Source of the DNA: Atractiella rhizophila
Taxonomy: Eukaryota
Direction of reading: 5' to 3'
Assembly (NCBI GenBank): GCA_021432655.1
Contig: MU271223.1
Span: forward strand, 109,675 to 129,674
Length of the DNA: 20,000 bases
The position numbers were made by a program, and so were the translations under genes. The number at the start of each line of letters is the position of its first letter. Position 1 is the stretch's first letter. The notes beneath the pieces were generated by a model that saw only the letters and a list, made by a program, of their open reading frames with translations, had not been told where the DNA came from and did not search any database. This document shows positions 1-10,600 of this stretch, in pieces.

Positions 1-270
1 GGTTAATGAAAACAATGCAGAAAGTAAGGTCATTCCTCAGGACGTTGGAGAAGAAGAAAACAACAGCTTGTTCAAGCAAAGTTAACAGGACGAACCTCTA
101 TAAACCAATAAACTTGGTGCGTAAGCCAAAAGAGACAAAGTCTGGCCTATTTCCGGGAGGAGCTTTCCAAATGTTTGTTTCGGACCCGGGTAATGAAATG
201 TCTTTGTTTGCTTGATGTAGATAAGGTTACATTACAATCTTTCTTTCACTACGTCTATATTTTCTGCAGA

Positions 271-3200
271 ATGCCGCCGAAGAAAAGAGGAGCACGACGT
301 TCATCCACCAAGACAGCAAACGAATCCTTAGAAGACGTGTCAATGGCGGATGTCCCTGTCGCTTCCACTTCCACCGCACCAACTCCAACGCTCATGAGTT
401 CGTCCACGCTCACACAGGCTACCTTTAGCCTTATCCCTGGACTTTCCTCCACTCCTTCCTTCAACATCGCTGATACAACATATCACAAAATTCTCCCGTC
501 GTTGCGGGACACTCTTCCTACACTGCTGGAATTAGCAAGGGCAGGGGAGGGGAGGAAGCTGAAGGAAAGTGTGGAGGCATGGGGCGATGAATTTGGATGG
601 GAAGTAGAGGTTGATCTGGACGACATTTTCATAGAGGATGAGGTGAAGGAAAGGGAGCTAGAACGGCGGAAGAGGAGGGAGGAAGAGAGTGCAAAGGCGA
701 AGGAGAGGAGATTGAGAAGAATGGAGGCGCTCAGAATGTTAGTAGAACAAGAATTAATGGCTTGGATATTAGCCATGGTACGTAGCATTCCTTCCTTTAC
801 TGGGTATCGAACAAAATGGTTTGAGTAGGCCAAGAATTCAGAAACCCCGCCGGACGTGCACCACGCCCTCGATGTAGTAGTCGCGTTTCGCGACTCCTCC
901 ATGACCGAGTTATCCTTCCTCATTCTCGCAATCGAACACATCTTCGAAAACTCGTCGGTCTCGACGGTCTCCTTCCTCTTTTCTTGGCTGGAGACGCACA
1001 CTGCAGACGTTACCAAAGGGTTCCGACCATTCAAAGCACCAGGCATATTCCTCCTCCGTTTGCTCAACGAACTATTACGAAGAGTCAGCAGGACGAGGGA
1101 CACAGAGTTCAGCTCACGCATCTTGCTTTATTTAAGCAAAGCCTTCCCACTAAATGATCGGAGCGGATTGAACGTTGGCGGGAAGTCGAATACGGAAAAT
1201 ACAACGGAGTTTGAAAGGATGGAATTGGCGGCGGATAAGGAGGAAGGAACGGCTGAGAGGGATGTGGAGATGAAAGCTGAAGATGAGAAAATGACAAGCG
1301 AGAAGGTTACCAAAGCTGGAGAGTCGGACCGAGACAAGCCTGCGACGAAGGAGGAAGGAGAAGATGAGGGGGAGAAAGGAGCGCCGGACATTGTTATTGT
1401 CGAGCCTCCCGTCGAACCATCATCTGAAGCAACCACGCCTCCGATACGTGCCAAAGCAGCGACTACACCACCCCCACCTTCAAAAGCCGCCACCCCATCC
1501 GCAACAGCCAAATCAACAACCCCTTCTACTCCCAAGCCCGAAGAAGACTCCTACACGCGTTTTTGGACGCTTCAGACCTACTTTTGCGATACTAAACGAC
1601 TAATAGGGAGACTTGGGACGAGTGGAGATGACAAGGAAAACAAGAGCTACATCGTGTCACTTTCGACGGAGTCGAATATCCAAGTCGTAAAACCGCTCAT
1701 CACTCACGTCATTGAACTGTTTAGGGTTGCCAATAGGAAAGATAAGGAGTTGAGAGGGGAGGAGGAGAAGGAGAAGGAGAAGGAGAGAGATAAGAAAGAG
1801 AAGAAGATTGGGACTGCCACCAGTTCCATGACTGTTCCTGCCGGGAGGAAAAGAGAAGGAGAAGGGATCGGCTTCTTCGCTCCTAAGTTCTTGACATCAA
1901 GAAGCCTATTCGAACTGCAGGTTCGTCTCTCCCCTATCTCCCGCCATGTCTTGGTTCATGGTTAACTGCTGCGATGTGCTCAGGTCGCGGACGTTTACTT
2001 CCGTCGTCAAATCCTCGTCCAAATACTCATAATGGTGCAATACCTACGCGGTCTTGTCAAAGCTGAACACGACAAATGGGAGAGTGTACCCGTCCCTAAC
2101 AAACAAGTGATGCCAAGCTTAGTCCTAGAAGAAGTAGACGACAGTTTCTTCAGCGTGGTGCAGAAGAATGCACTTCGGGAAATCATGGACTCAGGACCCC
2201 CAGGTGAAGGCTTCGCGTTTGTGGAAACCGTGCGTGTAGTTTTGGCGAGGGAGAAGAACTGGACAGCGTGGAAGGCTGGAAATTGTTGGGATTACGAGAA
2301 AGAGTTGGCCGAGAAGGAGAAGGAGGAAATGGATAAGAAGGCAGCCGACCTGAAGCGGCGGCTAGCGCAACGGCCTCGTCCCCTGAAGTTGAGGTTTGGA
2401 GAGATGGTCTTCCGTCAGCCAGGGGTAGGGACAAGCGATATTAAGATGGAGGAAGAGGATACGGTTAAAAAGCAGTATGTTCTTCTTCCCTTCGCGAGAA
2501 GGAGGGCTGAAATGATGACCAATGATTAGGCTGTACGATTTCAAACGACAGTTGGATGCGATTGATGAACGGACCGGATATCGAGACATTCCAGCAAAAT
2601 TGGCGGAGATCAAAGAGAAGCAGAAGAAGATTACAGCTGAGAAACTGGAGAAGGAGAAAAAGGCAGCAGTTTTGACGCCACCAAAGGAAAGTGAGAAGGA
2701 GAAAGAGAAGGTGGCACCAGAGACGGCGAAGTCGAACGAGGAGACCATCAATACTCTCAAAAACAATATCACGAGCCTCAACGAGGAATCCAAGAAGCTT
2801 GAAGCGCGAAAGAGGGAGATTGAGGATGTTCGTTTCTTTCATCCAATCTTATCCGCGCAGAGGATTTGCTTGACTTTGAAATTGTTTAGGAAAAGTCATC
2901 TATAACCTGGCGTGCTTTCCGACTTGCCTCCTCCACCTATCTGCGTCTGTTCTCGTCCGCAGTGAAGGAAGGCACTGGCGCAGATCTCGATTTGCTCATT
3001 AAAGCGATTGAGGCGAAAAAGAAGGCTCCTTCCAGCGCCAGTGTAGCTCAAGGTGTCGCCGCCCCAACAGAGGACAGGAGGTCGGTCACGCCACCCGTGT
3101 CCAATCAAGAGGACAAAGATGTGGAAATGACATCGGCAGAAAAGGCAAAATCGGATACCGAAGAGCTGGATTTGGTGGAGATAGCACCTCCGCCAACGGA

Positions 3201-3387
3201 CAGTGAGATGATGATCAAGAAGGAGCCAACTGTTGGGGAGAAGAGGGCGAGAGAGGAAGAGGAGGAAGAGAGACCAAATGCAGATGGGGAAACCCTGCTG
3301 AAGAAGCCCAAAATAGAGGCCGACCTCACAAACACGGATGAGCCCAGGAAGGAGGAACCTCCTGTGATTGTAGAGGTTGTTGATTAG
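271..3387 (+). CDS. THOC1: THO complex subunit 1 (THOC1/Hpr1), 5 exons, ~961 aa
   Basis: Manual exons are 271-777, 829-1920, 1984-2474, 2530-2827 and 2890-3387. Introns are 51, 63, 55 and 62 nt with GTACGT/GTTCGT/GTATGT/GTTCGT donors and YAG acceptors, and all phases join. The spliced protein carries THOC1 motifs LLRLLNELLRRVSR, FPLNDRSGLN, Y.RFW.LQ.YF, FFAPKFLTSRSLFELQVADVYFRRQILVQ, REKNWTAWKAGNC and WRAFRL. Confidence 0.9.
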
Positions 3388-3452
3388 CCACTGTATCTTT
3401 ATTTGTGTAAACAGCTTCGTTTTTCACCATCGAACGCAGTTAAAGCTTCGCC

Positions 3453-3474
3453 CACGTGACAGAAATGGACGCGT
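3453..3474 (+). promoter_or_regulatory. E-box (CACGTG, 3453-3458) and MCB-like box (ACGCGT, 3469-3474) in the 178-bp intergenic region upstream of the 3566 ATG
   Basis: Both motifs are present about 90-110 bp upstream of the start codon. Hexamers occur by chance, so function is only inferred. Confidence 0.2.
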
Positions 3475-3565
3475 TTTCCAGATCAGTTAAGTTACGCAAC
3501 GACCAACCTAGCCTTTTCTGTCAGAACATACTGTCAATATAGGATTTCCCAATCTCAAAGCTTCC

Positions 3566-6500
3566 ATGAGGTCTGTCGTCCACGATCTTTCCAAGCACAC
3601 GAGAGCCATCGGCGAGGAAGCGAAGAAGGAGAAGCGACAAGAAATTTTGCAAAACTTGCACCATGTTGCAAGTGATCTGGCCAAAGTTGAGACCGGTAAA
3701 CTAGTGAGTTTCCACAAATTTACACATTATATTGTTTCGATGAATCCATCTAAGCGTACTGAAGACGGCAGCGTCTGCGATTTCCCTGCTTAAGCCGCTA
3801 TATCAATCTTGTCCCGACATCTCCTTTTCCATTCTTTCCTCTCTGCTCAACATCGTGTTGAGAGGTACGGATGACGCGTGTCTGGAATTTATGGAGGCCA
3901 ATCTTGGAGAAAGTGAGTGTGCAGATGTCTGGAAGGGATTGAATGATGTCTTGGTGCGCTACTTTCGCTTTGAAGATGATATGTTGAGAGTGGTTTGCGC
4001 AAAGGAAATAACAATGCATGCGGGGAAAGAGGCGAAAACATGTTGGTTACAGCCTCCTTCTGTTGTTGCGCTTAATAATATGCTGTACAGATTATGGCAA
4101 GGTTGCAAAATATATGTACCCAGTTCTCTGTGATATGGTGGAGCCAGTGCAGCGAGGCATGGACATGCTTCCTTGGATAAAACGAAAGGTCCCATTTGTT
4201 GTTCTACTGCAATTCTTTTGCGCTGAATTGCGGATCCCAGGCCCTTTCCATCATTTGGCACTCAGTTTCCGGTCACGCAGAGAACAAGAGGAAACTTACA
4301 AACAACCAGCTGTTGGGAGCGTAAGTACCTTTCTATCTGATCTGATGCAGACTCACACATGGAATAGGAAACGACTAGGCTCGATCATCTTTGCCGGTCA
4401 AGGTGTATTCTTTCAAAAATCGCTGAACTCTCACGCTAACTCAGGATTGGAGATTTGTCCACAACACAGTTGACTCTGGAGCTAGCTTTTCGCCTCAAAG
4501 ATGTCCTCCCTACTGCAAGGGTTGAGACATTCTGTATACCTCTCTTTGCGGAGTTCGGAAAAGGTCCAGCCGATACTCTCAAGCGTCGTTTCAACAATAC
4601 TCACTCAAGGGACTTTTACGATGTGCGCCAGTTCCCAATGTCAGCGACCCTCACTTTCGAGTAAATAGGTTGAAGATTTAATTTTGGACGAAATCTCCCA
4701 CCTTGATATTTCCAGGTTGTTTTCTTTCTTGTGCTCTGAAAGGGTGTTTATGGTTAATATGCAGATTTCAACGATTTCCTCTAGAAAGACTAACACTTTT
4801 GCCTTCAAAGTCCTTCCACGACATTGTTGGACTTCAACTGTCTGTCAACTCTCATTCATTCTCTGTACAAGTTACGACGGAAGAAGATAATGGGATAGAT
4901 GGATTGCTTGAGTGGGAGTTCGTCAATATCAAATCTCTTGACATTGTTCATGGCCTGGCAACTCTTCTCCATCTCCACAGCAACATCTTACATTTAAACA
5001 GGGGAAGATAATATCAATCTAACATTCAATCTCTACTCTTTGCCCACGCTAGACGACAGAGAAACTGTATATCCAGAGGGGAAGATGAGATCAGACATAT
5101 TGAACGGGAAGGAGCAGACAAGCTACTCGATTCATGCTGTTGTTGTTGGTGTGGAGGCGAAGAACCTTTTGATGGTTCTTCAGGCGAGAGGACAGGTTGG
5201 CTATCACTTCACAGTCACAAAGCCTGCGCTAAAAATTATGACTAGAAATACCAAATAAAACATGTTGGGAGTACCCAGCGATCTGCACTCGCCAGGCTAC
5301 ATGCCACCACCCCTGCCCCTTCAATCGCAACTGTACCGGACGGAACAGATATGGTAAAAACTCTCTTCTCATCTGTGTCTAGACCCCTCGCTGATTCACT
5401 TTAGAACGAACGATGGAGCACAAGTAGCTTGCATGTCGAGGAAGGCAATCAACCAGCGTTGAGTATCTAGGTACAATTATCCCGGATAGTCAGCTTGGCC
5501 ATTTCGAAGATTTTTCTCCCGTTCCCGCTACACAAGCTGGTCAGTTGCAAAGGTCCAAGGGGAGGCAAAACATGGCAGACGAACAAGAGTTAAATCTTGT
5601 CGTTTCTTCTGCGATGGCTGCCGAAGTATCATTTCCTGCCACGATTTCCCCACAAACACGTCTAAAACGACCCTTTTCTCAAGTCGATAAAGAGGCCACG
5701 GATACAGGCAGAGCCACTTCCTCGTCCATACCACCATTGAAGAAGGCGAGAATCCCGTCTCCTTCAAGACAGCAAACCTACAGTGCTACAAGGCCGGATT
5801 TTATTGCACTAGAAGGTGCAGTCAACACTCCTAGCCACAAAGTGGTTATTGCTGTGCATTCTCTCATTCGTTAACTAGCGCTTTCTCTTGATGGCCAGTC
5901 AACGCTCAGCAGTGTCAAGAGTATCACAGAACAATACCACGGAAAGATGCATAGTATTAGGCAAGGTATAGGGTCTGAACTATCATCTCCTTCGCCTTCT
6001 CCCTCGCCGTCTTCGTCTCCATCTTCTTTGCTGCTTCCCAAGAAACCTCTCCGCAAGAATAATGTTATCCGATCTCAGACACAAGAGCCACCACACACGC
6101 CAGCGTTTCCGCGGTCGAGTCTGCATCCGTCAACAGAACTTTGTCCACCCCGCGAAGGGTCCCATCGTCTTGCTCAAATAGAAGACAGAGAAGACCACGC
6201 TTCTGTGTTTCAAAATTCGAGTGGCCAGGACGAATCTCGAGTTGTAAACCTGGACGAACCCAGCTCCAAGAACAGCTTGATGAACACGCATCAAGACAGA
6301 GTTCCCGGGGTCCTGTAGTAACTCCTCCTAGGGATCGCCAAGTACAACAACTTCCCTTGAATGATCTTACTAGGACTGTCGTTGCGACAACGCCTATCTC
6401 CTCCATGACACCGACGCATGGGCAAGTGGACGCAAACGGGGGACTTGGAGCTCAGGATGTCTATCAGTACGCGATGGATGTGGACAAAGAGGATGGCATG

Positions 6501-7237
6501 ATTGAAGGTCGAGGACATGATATGGACGCGCCGACTCTTGCCGAGATGAAACAAGTGAAATTTAGTAGGACAATTTACCAACCGAGGAGAGAAGAAAGCG
6601 TCAGTGCTAATGAAGCTCGAAGGCAATTGGTGGGTAGTCATATACTATTTGTTGTATCGGCTGAGGCTTCGATTTTAGGGTAGAGTGATCCTAGCGAGTG
6701 AGCGGACTAGGCGTGTAGTAACTCAACATCGTGAGACTGTGGTAGGTCTGAATCAGCTCTGTTTATGGGGATGCTGATTATCATATTTTGTTAACCAATT
6801 AGCCGCGGTCATCTGTGAATCCTCTACCACTTGCAGAATGTTTGGAATCTGCCAGAGTGCGGGCAGAAATCTCTGAAGAAGAGGACGGATGGCACAAAAA
6901 GAGGTCTGTTCTGCTTTCATGTTTATCAAGTGTTGCGGGACATCTCCAATAACTCGCATAGCAGTGTGGTGACCGAGAGCCTGAGATTACTTTCCAACCT
7001 CGCCCTACATTTCGCAGCGGTACTCTTACTTCTGTTGCTGTCACACGCCGCTTTCCGTCACAAGAAACGACTGGACACTTGGGACAATTAGCAGCCGCTC
7101 TCTCCGTTGCGAGTGAATTCACTATCGGACGGCTAGCTTCCAAGATGGAGATGGTAGAAGCGCGAGTTAAGCAGTCGAGGACGAGATTGTGTGCTGGCGT
7201 TGTCAATGCACTGAAGTCCGTGGAGGAGCAGACGTAG
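3566..7237 (+). CDS. Multi-exon gene, putative SYCP2/Red1/Rec10-like meiotic chromosome axis core protein; 3' end uncertain (7091, 7237, or beyond the retrotransposon)
   Basis: Phase-compatible introns at 3704-3764, 4042-4090, 4321-4367, 4403-4444, 4623-4668, 4716-4764, 4953-5001 (weak GC donor), 5196-5245, 5354-5404, 5463-5509, 5816-5878, 6241-6299, 6630-6678, 6742-6802 and 6904-6961 link the small ORFs into one frame. The junction near 7020-7064 is unresolved. The spliced segment IGDLSTTQLTLELAFRL...FNNTHSRDFYDVEDLILDEI...RFQRFP...LSVNSHSFSVQV resembles the SYCP2 N-terminal domain as I recall it. It is followed by a long S/P-rich region and a helical C-terminus. Confidence 0.55.
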
Positions 7238-7241
7238 GTCG

Positions 7242-7499
7242 TGTGAGCTGGATCCCAGCGAAGTGTAAGATGGTGGAAAAACCGCTCATGGAATGCAATG
7301 GAAAGACGTACCTGGATCCCAGCGAAGTGTAAGATGGTGGAAAAACCGCTGGGGATCCAGGTGTCCGAGGGACAAACAAAAGCACACCAGTCACGTGCTA
7401 GTCACGTGACTATGGCTAACATGGAAGAAGGAAAGAAGGACAGGGAGAGACTAGGATATGCGACGTGGGCTGAGGGACAATGAGCGTCCAGCTCTCACA
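7242..7499 (-). repeat. 3' LTR (258 bp)
   Basis: Direct repeat of 15779-16036 (offset 8537) with TGTGAG...CTCACA inverted termini. One mismatch seen (7438 G vs 15975 A). Confidence 0.97.
7248..7350. repeat. 39-bp direct repeat within the 3' LTR (7248-7286 and 7312-7350) with a 25-bp spacer
   Basis: CTGGATCCCAGCGAAGTGTAAGATGGTGGAAAAACCGCT occurs twice as an exact copy. Confidence 0.95.
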
Positions 7500-7512
7500 C
7501 CCCCCCTCGCTC
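7500..7512 (-). other. Polypurine tract (GAGCGAGGGGGGG)
   Basis: Purine-rich run on the - strand immediately before the 3' LTR. Confidence 0.9.
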
Positions 7513-7679
7513 AGCGCACAAAGCAGAGTGAAAACAAAAGAAATGAAACATGGAATGATGAACCGAAAAATTAGGAAGGGAAAAATTATTAAAAGACGAT
7601 AAAGCAAGAAAACGAATGAATCGAAAAGCAATTATAGACCGAAATCCAATCTCTCTTCAAAAACAAAACAACTAAACTC

Positions 7680-10600
7680 TTATCCAGTAATCAGACCCAT
7701 CTCAGAACACAATGTCCAATGTTGCAGGTGGGCTAGTCCTTTTGTCATCACGTCCGCGACCATCTGGTTTGTGGGAATCCATTTGAGGACTATCTGACCG
7801 TCTGCGACACGCTCACGAGTGAAGTGATAATGCACTTCGACATGTTTCGTGCGACCATGGTTAGCGGGATGCTTAGCAAGTGTTAACGCACCTTGATTAT
7901 CACCTCGAATCAATGTGGGGGACGTTTGAGGAAAACCTAAATCACTCATCAACTGTCGAAGCCAAACAGCCTCTCTTGCAGCAGTAGACAAGGCAATATA
8001 CTCAGCCTCCGTGGATGATATTGCCACCGTCGGCTGCATCTTTGATATCCATGAAACTGCTGATCTGCCCAACCGAAAAACAACGCCAGATATTGATCGG
8101 CGCGTATCCACGTCAGATGCATGGTCCGAATCGGAGTAACCGTCAACGGTTGTCGAACCCATTGCGTCCCAAACAAGTTTGAAGTGCTGTGTGCCGTTCA
8201 GGTACCGGAATATGCGTTGCACCTGTGACCAGTGTCTTTTCCCAGGGTTAGCACAAAATCTAGCAGCTCTGTTGACTGCAAACGCTATATCTGGGCGAGT
8301 GTTTACCGCTGCAAAAATGAGTGCCCCAACCGCTTCACGGTAGGGTACACGCTTCATGTAGTTGTGCTCCTCTTCCGTTGATGGTGCCCATTCCTTGGTG
8401 ACTTTGTCGTCGATGTCACAAGGAGTCTTCACAGGTCTAGAATCCCCCATCATGTACTTTTCAATACACTTACGTACGTAGCTCTCCTGATCGAGAGTAA
8501 CTCTGCTGTTCTCCTCATCCCATTCTATGCGCATCCCAAGAAAATTGGAAACCGGAGAAGTAGTAATCTTGAATCGTGATCGCAGTAACGTGAACAATCG
8601 TTCGATGAGCTGGTGTGAAGACGCCGCAACCAGACCATCATCAACATGTAAACAGATAATTGTGAGCTCCTGTGAAAGATCAGTACCCTCACGCTTAACG
8701 TACACACCATGATCAGCGTTGGTACGAACGTAACCATTGTCTATGAGAAAAGAATGGAAGGTATCATACCAGCCCTTGCCAGCCTGACGAAGGCCATAAA
8801 GTGTCTTTCTGAGCCGAAATACCTTTTTAGGGTCGCTAGGATCAACAAAACCCTGTGGCTGACGCAGATACACCTCTTCGTCCAGCGTACCGTTCAGGAA
8901 TGCGTTTCCAATGTCGAACTGTGCAAGTTTAAGTCGTTCCGTGGCTGCTATCGATAACGTGCTCCGCAATGAGGACATTCGGACCGTAGGGGCAAATGTC
9001 TCGGTGAAATCTATACCCTCCCTCTGCCGGTCACCTCTGGCTACAAGTCTAGCCTTGTATTTTATCACATTACCATCCAAATCGCGTTTGATGAGAAGGA
9101 CCCATTTGCAGTCAATCGCACGCTTGCCCACAGGCAACTCTACCAAGCGTTCTTCCCACGTCCCCATCGCTTGCAGCGCAGATATCTCTGCCAATATTGC
9201 CGCCCACCATTTGTCGGCGTCTGGACCTTGGAGAGCCTGACGGAAGGATGGTTCGTCTATATTCCCATTCCAGTTAACCCCAACGGCATATACTTCCCAT
9301 TTCCTCTGCAGTTCAGGGTACCCCACGCTCACAGCCTGCCCAGATCTACACATCTCACGATTCATAGTGGCGGCAGCCACAGAAGGAACGTAGTCCTTTG
9401 GTCCTACCCAAATATGAGAGTTGGCGTATAAAGATGATATCTGAGCCTGTAGAGTAGTCGAGGATTGTTCTGTGGGATCAGGAAATGCTTGCGTGCGTAG
9501 AATCGGTGGGGACGGAATTCGTAAGTTTCCTCGTTGTTTACCTGTATGCAGTACCTTGTAATCACGTCTAGGAACATTACGTCGAGGTCTTGCAGAAGGA
9601 GGAGGATAGGGGCGAGGAACAGAATCATTTACCACTTGTCTGCGGTAGCGGCTCTGTATCATTTCAGACGCGCTGCCATCGCCCTCCAGATCATTCTCCT
9701 TTCCAGTAACATCACCCCCAATGTCAGGGTTGACCGTTTCAGAAGGAGGCGAAGTAGCATCGGTAGTAGAGGTCGGTTCAGGAAAGGATATATCCGGTGG
9801 TTGTAGGATAGCGGAAGGTTCTGGTATGCTCACAGTCACATTATCAGCCAAGGCATCAAACTCAGAGGGCATAAAATCGTTCGTGGTCCACTTAGCCAAA
9901 ACCCGTGTCTCCTCCTCTGTCCTATCTTTGTAAAACTGATCCTCAAACCAGCGTACCTCCTTCGATTGGACGAAACGACGCTCCTTCGGCAACCAAAACA
10001 GCCAGCCCTTCGATCCTTCGAGGTATCCAACGAAGTAACCAATGGCACCACGCGGGTCTAGCTTTGACCTTTGCCTCTCGACAGGGATATGGATGACAGC
10101 CAGGCAACCAAAAGTGCGTAGGTGTGAGACATCCGGCGTCGATCCCGACCACAATGCCTCCGGGCATTTCCAAGTCCCATGGGAAAACGTAGGTAAACGA
10201 TTCAAAGTGTAAACTGCAAATTGGACTGCTTTTTCCCAGAAAGATAATGGCAAACCAGATTCAAAGAGGATAGTGCGTGCCACGTCAAAAAGAGTATACC
10301 AACGACGTTCAATGAAACCCATTTGGTTGTGAATATAAGGAATGGATGTTTGATGTGTAATACCATGCGAACGAACAAAATCCTGAAAATGAACAGATTT
10401 GAACTCACCCCCATTGTCGCTTCGAATAACCTTCACTTTAATGCCTACACGTCGCTCAGATTGGCGTATCCATTCCTTCAGCGCCCCAGCTGCATCTGAT
10501 TTCGCATGCAGGGGAATCCACCACATCTTAGCGGTGGCATCATCGATGATCCCAAGTCCGTATCTCTCACCGGTCTGCAACGCAGAGACCGGGGCAGGAC

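Noticed and set aside
1..270. 69-aa ORF at 6-215, a possible upstream gene tail ending at 84, and a Reb1-like CCGGGTAA at 186-193
   Set aside because: They are too short and lie at the window edge with no supporting homology. A single motif is not adequate evidence.
255..3335. Minus-strand Ser/Phe/Leu-rich ORFs (e.g. 483-1121, 2362-2793)
   Set aside because: They are antisense shadows of the Glu/Lys-rich THOC1 exons.
4540..4590. FGKGPADTLKR resembling the HGKGPxDGxGG motif of some DNA transposases
   Set aside because: It lacks the His and GxGG residues, no terminal repeats were seen, and it is better explained as an exon of the spliced SYCP2-like gene.
7248..7350. CRISPR-like repeat-spacer-repeat (39/25/39 bp), also at 15785-15887
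   Set aside because: There are only two repeats, the spacer is identical in both places, no cas genes are present, the context is eukaryotic, and it is simply part of the LTR.
7298..7483. 61-aa ORF repeated at 15835-16020
   Set aside because: It lies inside the LTRs on the antisense strand and is repeated only because the LTRs are.
8637..8648. RT catalytic motif HVDD instead of YVDD
   Set aside because: HVDD is a common variant in fungal copia elements and both catalytic Asp residues are intact.
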